DNA from: Nitrospirota bacterium
Lineage (GTDB): Bacteria > Nitrospirota > UBA9217
Length of the DNA stretch: 64,000 nucleotides
Reading direction: 5' to 3'
Assembly: GCA_963737155.1 (NCBI GenBank)
Contig: CAVTRN010000002.1
Span: 736,001-800,000 of the forward strand
This document shows, in pieces, positions 18,847 to 27,755 of the stretch; the first letter of the stretch is position 1, and each line of letters starts with the position of its first letter. The translations under genes and the position numbers were made by a program. The notes beneath the pieces were generated by a model that did no database searches, was not told the origin of the DNA, and saw only the letters and a list, made by a program, of their open reading frames with translations.

Positions 18847-19628
18847 GCTCCACCATCCTTATATCATTGTAGCACACCTATTATAGTGACGGTTTAATGA
18901 AATAATACTTTAGAACCGCCAATCCAATAGTGTATGTCAGATTGCAGGCTCTCAGGCTGGGCTCGTTGCCACAAAACCTCAAACAGAAATATTTGATCAA
19001 GCGTGGAGTAAATATTCAGATTTGGGTTATGCAAAAGGAAGTGCATGCTAATCTCAAGCAGTGCCCGATATCACTTGGAAATGGAAGGTTACGAAGCTAC
19101 CCGACGGAGGAAATTTCAGAAATTCCAGCTCCGATGATCGGGTATCTCGGTTCTTTCCCGCATTTTCTGGGAATCGAGCGGTCGTCCACGTTTGGGACAC
19201 AATGGTACCGCCGATTCATTATGCAGAAGTAGTTATTCATCGACCGATCCCGAGATAAAGGCAACTAGTGTTTCCAGTCCACAAGGCATCTCTCGCAAAT
19301 GTATTTTGGATAATATCGACAAGACTATATACAAGCTTCACGAGATGATTGGTATGCAGGGCAAAAGGCGAAAACTATGTCACAAATAAAAAACATAACG
19401 CTAGAATATTTCGCTTGAGTATTTAGATCATATGACTTGGTTGCTGATCGGACAGGCAGGATCATAAAAAAAGCATAGAGTATTTGTGGATGTTTATCTG
19501 TGCTATTCAGACAAGCTGTTCATGTTTATATTTTAATGAGGAATTGCTTGCTGGTAATATAATACCGGAAATACGCTGTCTGTACTGCGTAATTCGAAGA
19601 AGAGAAGTTGAGGGGATGTTTTTTCTGA

Positions 19629-20036
19629 CTAGAACCTGTACTTCAACACTATTTGGATATTCTTGATATCGTCTATCGGATTAAGACTGACTCTGTCAAA
19701 CGATGGAACAAGACTCCATATAACTTTATCGCCGTCTTTGCTCAGTGGCAATGCAGCACTGTGTTCAAAGCATTCGTTCAGAGAGCCGGAAGATATATCC
19801 TTGCCTGCAAAAGCGGCGTTCACGCCGCCGAGGTTTGTGGAATTTCCAGCGAAACATCCACTACTAATCCCTACGGATGTTTTTGTTGGCGGTTCATATG
19901 CTGGTTCCATCGCCTGAGCTATACCAGACGCAGACTGCAAGCCCACGTCATTCGCTGCAGCAAGAGAAGCAGTAGCGAAGAACATGGCGATGAAAAAAGC
20001 CGCTAAATATTTCCGGAAACCATTGAATAATAACAT
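19629..20036 (-). CDS. Hypothetical exported protein
   Basis: Signal peptide ending SLAA; C-terminal IQIVLKYRF. Confidence 0.55.
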   Translation of the reverse strand: MLLFNGFRKYLAAFFIAMFFATASLAAANDVGLQSASGIAQAMEPAYEPPTKTSVGISSGCFAGNSTNLGGVNAAFAGKDISSGSLNECFEHSAALPLSKDGDKVIWSLVPSFDRVSLNPIDDIKNIQIVLKYRF

Positions 20037-20599
20037 GAATATAATCCACCCGCTAATTCTATTTTATAATAGAATGGTTATAATTTACCTTTTTTGAGGT
20101 CGGATGTCAATAGTGAACATCAACTTTCATGCTACCAGCTGTCGTTGCAGGCTCAGAGTTCTTTTTTTTCAACCGCCAGCCATCATGGATCAACCTGTAG
20201 TATTACGTGTACAGCGCAGGACTAATCGATTCATGTCCGACTGAGGGATTTCAGCAGTTCATCCACGTAGCGCGAGGGACGAGTAGACCTCATAGCCGAA
20301 ACGTCTTCCGCTGAATTTCTACAGACATTGTGGCCGCTGCGCGACGAGCGCGGCTCGACACCTGGATCCGGCGTGGCGTGGCACTGATACGACTACATGT
20401 GCCTTGTTACTACGTCGGCCATGATCGCATTGCCATCCTGCAATGTCACGGGGCGGAGGTTGTCGAACTCCTCTCTTATGCCCCAGTCCAAGCATTTGCT
20501 AGCCGAAAAAAGGCATGCAACTGCGGTGATATAATGGAAATATCACCACGTTTGGCAGGCTTTACTGATGTGCTGCAATGTAGCATGTTTAGGGGGAAA

Positions 20600-21748
20600 A
20601 TGGCGATGCCGATCCTCGCAGCCATAGTAGGCATCACTCTTATCATTATTGTGCTGGCTGATGCCTTTGAAACCGTAGTTTTCCCGCGCCGGGTGACTAG
20701 ACGCATAAGGCTTGTGCGTCTCTTTTATCGGACCACATGGCGACTATGGACCACACTAGTCCTTGCGCTTGCGACTAGAAAACGCCAGGAAAATTACTTG
20801 AGTTACTTTGGCCCACTTTCACTCCCGTTGCTGCTGGGATTTTGGGCCAGCGTCCTGATCTCAGGTTTCGCGCTGCTCTACTGGGCGCCGGGTAACTCCT
20901 TGAAAACACCAGAGGGCATTGCAACTTTTGGCACCTGCCTCTATTTTAGCGGTACAACTTTTTTTACACTGGGCCTTGGTGATATCGCGCCCTATATTCC
21001 CCTTGCGCGGGCTCTAACCGTGATCGAAGTTGGTGTAGGCTTCGGTTTTTTAGCCATTGTAATCAGCTACCTGCCGGCGCTTAATCAATCCTTCTCGAAA
21101 AGAGAGGTTAACATCTCGCTCCTGGATGCGCGTGCGGGCTCGCCTCCCACGGCCACTGAAATGCTACGGCGCCAATCGCAGGACGCCGCAACGGAATCGC
21201 TGACGCGGCTCCTTCGAGAATGGGAACAATGGTCCGCGGAAATACTGGAAAGTCATCTCTCCTATCCGGTCCTCGTGTATTTCCGTTCCCAGCACGATAA
21301 TCAATCATGGCTCGCGGCGCTGACCTCCATCCTTGATGCCTGCGCCTTCGTTATGACCAACTTACAAGGAACGTGCGTGCGCCAGGCGCAATTGACCTTT
21401 GCCATGGCCCGCCATGCTGTCGTTGATCTCTCGCTCGTGTTGCATGTCGCGCCCGAGGACCTGCTGATCGACCGGTTGCCGCCGAGAGAACTTGCTTCGA
21501 TGCGCGCGACGCTCGCGGCTGAGGGCATGCAACTCCGGGAGGACGCGGAGGTGGCCCCGCGGCTTAAAGAACTGCGACAGATGTACGAACCCTATGTGTA
21601 TTCACTTTCCCATCGCTTGCATCTGTCAGTGCCACCCTGGGTGTCAGAAACTAGCAGGCTGGACAACTGGAAAATTAGCGCTTGGGGAAATCATAGCGGT
21701 ATGAAACGGACAGAAGGGATTGAAAAACGGGATGAAGAGCATTTCTGA
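20600..21748 (+). CDS. Potassium channel family (Ion_trans_2) protein
   Basis: DAFETVVFPRR, LYFSGTTFFTLGLGDI pore helix/filter, ESHLSYPVLVYFRSQH. Start taken at ATG 20600 after AGGGGG. Confidence 0.82.
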   Translation: MAMPILAAIVGITLIIIVLADAFETVVFPRRVTRRIRLVRLFYRTTWRLWTTLVLALATRKRQENYLSYFGPLSLPLLLGFWASVLISGFALLYWAPGNSLKTPEGIATFGTCLYFSGTTFFTLGLGDIAPYIPLARALTVIEVGVGFGFLAIVISYLPALNQSFSKREVNISLLDARAGSPPTATEMLRRQSQDAATESLTRLLREWEQWSAEILESHLSYPVLVYFRSQHDNQSWLAALTSILDACAFVMTNLQGTCVRQAQLTFAMARHAVVDLSLVLHVAPEDLLIDRLPPRELASMRATLAAEGMQLREDAEVAPRLKELRQMYEPYVYSLSHRLHLSVPPWVSETSRLDNWKISAWGNHSGMKRTEGIEKRDEEHF

Positions 21749-22381
21749 TCATGTATCTATTTGAAATAAATTAACCAGCCCAATTTGAGGTAATCAATCG
21801 AAATAATGTTGGAAAGCACGGCGAAGTTAGGGAAGCCAGCAGAAGGACAGCGGTACTGAAGCTATTTCCGTTAGCCGAGCAATCATTCAGGTGTCGACTC
21901 TGGAATACAGTAACAACGATGGTGGTCTGGACTTTATCTCATACATCAATTGCAACCATCAAGTAACGCACTAGACTCAGAGGGACAGGCAATACTGTAT
22001 TGAGAGGTTGTTGTAGCATTTTTGCAGTGCCGGATGGAATCTTGGATTCAACAATTGTAGGTATTAACGGATGCATACTCCCTGAAAGGGCTTCCTGGGT
22101 CCCTATGCGAATTCCCCTCGTACTGTGTCACTTATTTCGCAGCAGTTTCTTGATCCGTTTGGAAGACAGTAGATGTCATTATAGGGAGTTATGATGAAGA
22201 CCGAAATGACGAGGAATGCAGTTTTAACGAGATGGGGATTTTAGCGATGCTCTTCTCGATAACTTCTTAGTAGAGGATTACAATCTGTCTCAACTGAAAT
22301 GTAAAAAAGAGGAATGAAGAGGAATAGGGGTATGACAGCCATGCTAGGTTGCCTGAACATGGTCGTACGTGACTTTTCTTG

Positions 22382-22754
22382 TTAGAGCAATATTGCCAAG
22401 AATGACAAGCCCGTTCCTTGAAGGGCCATCTCAATAAAAGCCCCGGAGACAGCCTTGGTCACAACCTTGAAGGCTTTTGTCGTCGCCTGATGGACTACCT
22501 GGTCGTTGGTGACCGTTTTTGCGGGATGATAAAAGCCTGCTCTCTCAAGGGTGTTCAGGATGTCCCTGGTAATGAATCTCTGCCGGATGATAGTGAATCA
22601 AAAGACTGCCTGTTGTAGTATTGAAATCGGTGGTTCCAATGCCATGCCCCATATTCACGAGAGCTTTCTGTACATCATAATGGACGGCGCTGTTCTTAAA
22701 TAATGGATTTTTGAGACGCAACCTGCCAGGAACGTTATGAACATAACAGTTCAT
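22382..22754 (-). pseudogene. HMA2-domain (FezC-like) protein gene with a single frameshift
   Basis: SD AAGGAGGT. MNCYVHNVPGRLRLK...TTGSLLIHY shifts frame at CCC 22564-22566 and resumes DILNTLERAGFY...QGTGLSFLAILL-TAA (22382). Confidence 0.7.
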
Positions 22755-22782
22755 GTGTCCGTACCTCCTTTTCTATGGTCTA

Positions 22783-22838
22783 AGTATAAAACTGATTTGT
22801 TACAGTCATATGAAGCAAATGTTACAGTTATGTTACAT
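22783..22838 (-). promoter_or_regulatory. PhoB/OmpR-type direct-repeat promoter
   Basis: Minus strand: ATGTAAC-ataa-CTGTAAC-attt-GCTTCAT-atga-CTGTAAC (11-bp period), then 10 nt, then a TATACT -10 box. Confidence 0.65.
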
Positions 22839-23586
22839 AATTCAGGTGTGATGAGATTATTGAAAAAGACCATAAGTACCAGGTGAGAACAAAACTCAAA
22901 AACACCGGTAGCCATTAAGGAAAAGCAAGGACGGTATCAATCGCTGGACCATCCTTGGAAGAGACTCAGAAGAGCATCGGAACAACTTCCCGTTGCTTCC
23001 TAAAGGCGGACATTTTTGTTTTGCTAAGAGTAGGCAATTCTACGTTGCCTTGACAAGCTCTTGAACTCATCTTGTGTAGCTGCTATACTCACTTCGACGT
23101 TTACGAAGATACATACCGAGGAGAGGCTACGTAGACTGGAAACTACTGCTTGCTTATTATTATTGAACTGTTGATCAGGAACTGCTCCTTTTTTAATTAA
23201 TCCCTGGTGACAGAAAACCGCATATGATGCTATCAGTATCAAGTGCTTTCTCCAGATTCCCGATGGTGAGCGAATAACCTTGGCAGAGATCGGAAAGCAC
23301 TTGGGGAAACAGGCATTGGCCGATGTGATTATGGGCCAGTTCCAAATCTGATGCTTTCAAGTCGAAATAAATCGTAACCATAATCAATTGTAACTATGGC
23401 TTTATTTTGCAAAAGATTGGAGGCTGTAATCAACTCTAAGAGAGAGTATTTTTTACGCAACGTCAACATTTTGTCTCGCGGCATCTGTTTTTGCGACTGG
23501 TATGTAATTACCAATAAGCGAGACTCTAAGTATGATTCAACAGCCATGCTAATGGTCTAGTATTTTTAATTTGTATAGGAGTACTT

Positions 23587-24597
23587 ATGTCCCATGTGCT
23601 CATGCTTTTTATCGCTCTCGCTGTCATTCTTCTTGGTGCTACTGTATTTACAAACGGGCTGGAGTGGTTCGGAAAGAAGATGAACCTTTCCGATGGGGCT
23701 GTCGGAAGCATCTTCGCTGCTGTTGGCACCGCTTTGCCGGAAACCCTCATCCCCCTTATCGCGATTCTTTTCGGTACCAAAGATGCTGGTCACAAAATCG
23801 GTGTTGGTGCCATAATTGGTGCCCCGTTTATGCTAGGGACACTGGCGTACTTCATCAGTGGCCTCGCTGTGATGGTTAACAGAAAAAAACGGGATGATTA
23901 TCCCACTATGCGGGTTGATGCGATCGTTATGCGCCGGGATATCGAATATTTTCTCGTTCTCTACAGCGTTGCCATTGTCAGCACCTTCTTACTAAATCAT
24001 CCTGTTTTCAAAGTTGCTATTGCCCTCATCTTGTTACTTTCATATGGAGCTTATGTTTTAAAAACCCTTACGGGCACGAGCGGAAATCATGTGGTCGAAG
24101 AAGCAGATCTGGATCCGTGTTATTTCGCCCCAAAGTCCCACGACCCCAATTTCCCCATAATTGTAGTTCAGGTTATGAGTTCCTTACTCTTGATTGTCTG
24201 GGGAGCCTACATTTTCGTTGAGAAAGTTCAGATAATATCTGGGCAAATTGGGGTATCACCGTTTATCCTTTCCATGGTTATTGCACCGATTGCGACAGAA
24301 TTGCCGGAGAAGTTCAATAGTGTAATTTGGATTAATAAAGGAAAAGATACCCTCGCAATCGGAAACATCACTGGCGCAATGGTATTTCAAGGTTCCGTAA
24401 TTACCGCCATTGGAATCTTAATGACTGAATGGGACCTGACGCCTGCGGCGTTCATAACAGTCATTCTGACCTTTGCTTCGGTTGGTTTGGCTTATTGGCA
24501 AATACGCGCACAGAATAAGCTGACACCATATGCGCTTCTAGCTGGCGGTGCTTTTTATCTCATCTTTATTGTGCTGGTATTGATAGGAAGGATTTAA
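23587..24597 (+). CDS. Sodium:calcium (CaCA) antiporter family protein
   Basis: Alpha repeats AAVGTALPE and APIATELPEKFNS, AIGNITGAMVFQ, SD AGGAG. Confidence 0.88.
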   Translation: MSHVLMLFIALAVILLGATVFTNGLEWFGKKMNLSDGAVGSIFAAVGTALPETLIPLIAILFGTKDAGHKIGVGAIIGAPFMLGTLAYFISGLAVMVNRKKRDDYPTMRVDAIVMRRDIEYFLVLYSVAIVSTFLLNHPVFKVAIALILLLSYGAYVLKTLTGTSGNHVVEEADLDPCYFAPKSHDPNFPIIVVQVMSSLLLIVWGAYIFVEKVQIISGQIGVSPFILSMVIAPIATELPEKFNSVIWINKGKDTLAIGNITGAMVFQGSVITAIGILMTEWDLTPAAFITVILTFASVGLAYWQIRAQNKLTPYALLAGGAFYLIFIVLVLIGRI

Positions 24598-25036
24598 AAA
24601 GAGTTTATTGCGTACCATTTGCAACTCAGTGGACCCTGCCTCGCGCAGTAGTTTACTTCTGCATTCCATCAATACAAGATTCCACAAAGCACGTGCCACG
24701 TACGAACTCAAATACAACGGTCCGGTTAAGAAAATATTATTCGGAATATTGTACGTGATGAAGTGCTCGGAACTCTTACGTGCGGGGTTTCCTGGGATAA
24801 TGATCGACTTTATTATGCAAGTTAACAATATGGCTTTTGAGCATATATCCATGAACGCTGCAGCCACATACGCTTTCCCTCACGCTGCACTCATTATCTG
24901 ACGAATAAAAAGACAATTCGAACATGGATTATCCACGTTCTACTGGTCGCCATGCCGAAGAACGCGTTGTGTTTCTACTCGGCTAAGTTCAGTCCGATGA
25001 TCAGATATCCCATAGAACCGCGAATATGGTTCTAAA

Positions 25037-25065
25037 TTGACAAATATCCCGAAGCCTGATATCTT
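25037..25065 (+). promoter_or_regulatory. Possible sigma70 promoter
   Basis: TTGACA-N17-TATCTT, with an adjacent TAGAACC...GGTTCTA inverted repeat. Confidence 0.35.
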
Positions 25066-25289
25066 TTAGAATATACAGACTAAACCTTCTGCTCAAACTT
25101 TAAGTTACCTATGAATATATTCTTGGCGGCAGGTTTCTGTTTTGCGTAGGCTGTAAATAAACATATTCCCTGTTGTACTTATCCTCCCATCTATTCATTT
25201 TTACATATATATATATCTGGAGTCTGCGGCGGTTTCTTCTTTTTGAAAGAAACGCTGAATACACGGCACAATCGTCATACAGGTAATAG

Positions 25290-25500
25290 GGAAGCAGTGA
25301 ATTCTGATATTGTCTTACTCAACGATATACTCCACGATCACAGTGACCGTATTCTTTCGTGGTGGATCGCATAGGGCGTTGAAGCCTGATGGAATGCTAT
25401 TCTTTTCGGATCAACACAGGCAAGAAAAAGATATAATAGCCAAAATAACCGGCGCAGGCCTGTTCAAGCTGTAAACAGGGGGGAAAGAATAGCTATAGCT
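25290..25500 (+). pseudogene. Remnant of a class I SAM-dependent methyltransferase C-terminus
   Basis: Broken frames read SDIVLLNDILHD and HRALKPDGMLFFSD...GLFKL. Confidence 0.4.
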
Positions 25501-25629
25501 TGTGAGAACAAGATAAATATTCAAAATGGTTTTTGCCTCCTCCTCTGGCTCTTTGCCATCTGTACGATTATCTAGTTCATGCTACGATTCAGCGAGGTGT
25601 GCATTTTTGTACTTGGAGAGGAGAATTTC

Positions 25630-26385
25630 ATGGACTACTATTATAACCATGTGCCGGGCAGATTAAGAATTCAAACGCCATTCATCCACGGTAGCCCGCA
25701 AAATGCAGCCACTTTTGAAAAGAATATACTGGGCCTGGAAGGGATAACGTCGGTCGAAACCAACCCTGTTACCGGCAGCGCATTAATTCTTTTCGATGAA
25801 AAGAAGATCGAATACGGGCAGATCATCAGCTTTCTCGAAAAACAGGGTTACTTTATTCTTTCTAAAGCAAAGACGTTTGATATGGACTACTATTATAACT
25901 ATATGCCGGGCAGATTAAGAATTCAAACGCCATTCATCCACGGTAGCCCGCAAAATGCGACGATTTTTGAAAAGTATATACAGGGCTTGGAAGGGATAAC
26001 GTCGGTTGAAACCAACCCTGTTACCGGCAGCGCACTGATTCTATTCGATGAAAAGAAGATCAAATACGAGCAGATCACAAGCTTTCTCGAAAAACAGGGT
26101 TACTTTATTCTCTCTAAAGCAAAGGCGTCTGATATGGACTACTATTATCACTATGTGCCGGGCAGATTAAGAATTCAAACGCCATTCATCCGCGGTAACC
26201 CGCAAAATGCGGCGATTTTTGAAAAGAATATACAGGGCTTGGAAGGGATAACGTCGGTTGAAACCAACCCTGTTACCGGCAGCGCATTAATTCTTTTCGA
26301 TGAAAAGAGAATCAAATACGAGCAGATCACCAGCTTTCTCGAAAAACAGGGTTATTTTATTCTGTCTAAGGCTAAGACGTCTGAT
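25630..26385 (+). repeat. 3 x 252-bp near-identical tandem repeat
   Basis: ATGGACTACTATTAT units start at 25630, 25882 and 26134. Confidence 0.92.
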
Positions 26386-26475
26386 GAAGTTATCGAGCAG
26401 GCAGCGGAAAAGGTGCTTGATGTGGCAGAGAAGATAGTAGTCGACTCGGTTGATGGTGGGATTGAAGATGTTTGA
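25630..26475 (+). CDS. Protein of three tandem HMA2-type domains
   Basis: SD GGAGAGGAG. 3 x MDYYY..(V/M)PGRLRIQTP...VETNPVTGSALILFDE, then an acidic tail. Confidence 0.85.
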   Translation: MDYYYNHVPGRLRIQTPFIHGSPQNAATFEKNILGLEGITSVETNPVTGSALILFDEKKIEYGQIISFLEKQGYFILSKAKTFDMDYYYNYMPGRLRIQTPFIHGSPQNATIFEKYIQGLEGITSVETNPVTGSALILFDEKKIKYEQITSFLEKQGYFILSKAKASDMDYYYHYVPGRLRIQTPFIRGNPQNAAIFEKNIQGLEGITSVETNPVTGSALILFDEKRIKYEQITSFLEKQGYFILSKAKTSDEVIEQAAEKVLDVAEKIVVDSVDGGIEDV

Positions 26476-26648
26476 TGTAGCTGTGCTTCCACGCAAATGA
26501 CGCCAAATAATAGATTTATGGAGTGTAATTAGTCGCCCCTTCTACAATATCTACTATTAAGGTCCTCATAGTGTCCTGACGGCGTAGATAGTTAGAATTA
26601 TTTTGTAATAAAAAAATTATATTTTATTCCTCTGAAAGGAGTTCGTGC

Positions 26649-27287
26649 ATGATGATTCGGACACTTAACATCGGTCTCCCGAAAAAGGAGTTGTTTCATG
26701 GGAAGGAGTTCATTACGGGCATGTGCAAAAAGCCCGTTACAATCCCTGTTATGCTGACGAAGCAGGGCCTTGAAGGAGACGGCGTCGGCGACCTGAAGCA
26801 CCACGGTGGAAGCGACAAGGCCGTTTGTGTCTACGCCATCAATTACTACGAGTACTGGGAAAAGTTACTCGGAAGAAAAATGACCGATGCGGCATTTGGT
26901 GAGAATTTTTCCGTAACGGATATGAAAGAGGATGATGTCTGTATCGGCGATATTTACCGAGCGGGCATGGCGACTGTGCAGGTGAGTCAGCCCCGCCAGC
27001 CATGCTCGACGCTGGCGGCCCGATACGGCCGGGGGGATTTCGTGAAGCTTGTCGTCGATTCCGGCCGAACGGGTTTCTACTTCAGGGTGCTTGAAGGCGG
27101 AAGGGTAAAGGCCGGTGACGGTCTCTTCCTCGTTGAAGAGGATCCACGCCGGGTATCGATCACTTTTGCCAATCGCATCTATCATTACGATAGAAAAAAC
27201 CGCGAAGGAATCGAGAAGGTTCTTGCGGTTCCCGCTCTTTCGGAATCATGGCAGAAATCGTTTCTAGAATTAAAAGACCGGGCATAG
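26649..27287 (+). CDS. MOSC domain protein (YiiM-like)
   Basis: GLEGDGVGDLKHHGGSDKAV, FGENF, QVSQPRQPC, GRTGFYFRV. Confidence 0.9.
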   Translation: MMIRTLNIGLPKKELFHGKEFITGMCKKPVTIPVMLTKQGLEGDGVGDLKHHGGSDKAVCVYAINYYEYWEKLLGRKMTDAAFGENFSVTDMKEDDVCIGDIYRAGMATVQVSQPRQPCSTLAARYGRGDFVKLVVDSGRTGFYFRVLEGGRVKAGDGLFLVEEDPRRVSITFANRIYHYDRKNREGIEKVLAVPALSESWQKSFLELKDRA

Positions 27288-27755
27288 CGCTCCGCCCGGC
27301 CGCGGCAATACTGCTTAAAATCGGATGTTTACTGATCCCCAGCCGAAAGTACCATGTAGATTTGATTATTCAGATTGAGTATTATATGTGCCGTTCAAAT
27401 CATTTTTGGCATGCAAATATCAACTTAGGACTATCCTGCATTTACTCTTAAATTACCTTATCTCTATATATAACATTGCTTGTAACTTTTCAATAAAGTA
27501 GCATTTCAAAAAAACCTTTCCCTGTTTTCTTCTCAGGACCTGCTATGCATGCTATACTTAAATCTATTCGATCAATCATGGATTCAAGTTAGGCCACATC
27601 TAATATGAACGGCCCAGGGCTGAAAAACCGAAGTTGTTCTGCCAAGGAAAACGGCTCTGCTGAATTATCCCGTCAAAGAATGCCGCTATTCGCGAGGTAG
27701 GGGCGCTTTCTACGGCTGCGGGGCCGTATCACCCTGCGGAGAACCGAGGGAAATT

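Noticed and set aside
18930-19400. Short overlapping ORFs in intergenic DNA (also 21800-22350, 22900-23500, 60600-61200)
   Set aside because: No SD, motif or consistent frame; possibly decayed genes, but not assignable.
20330-20599. 90-aa N-terminal extension of the K+ channel ORF
   Set aside because: No SD or family-like sequence; an SD-like AGGGGG precedes ATG 20600.
25630-26385. CRISPR array or DGR template/variable repeat
   Set aside because: The units are 252-bp contiguous in-frame coding repeats without spacers; there is no cas or reverse transcriptase gene, and the differences are not adenine-specific.
27560-27750. Riboswitch in the activase leader (also checked 33600-33720 and 47000-48100)
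   Set aside because: No recognisable c-di-GMP, cobalamin, SAM, TPP or fluoride consensus by eye; an Rfam scan would be needed.
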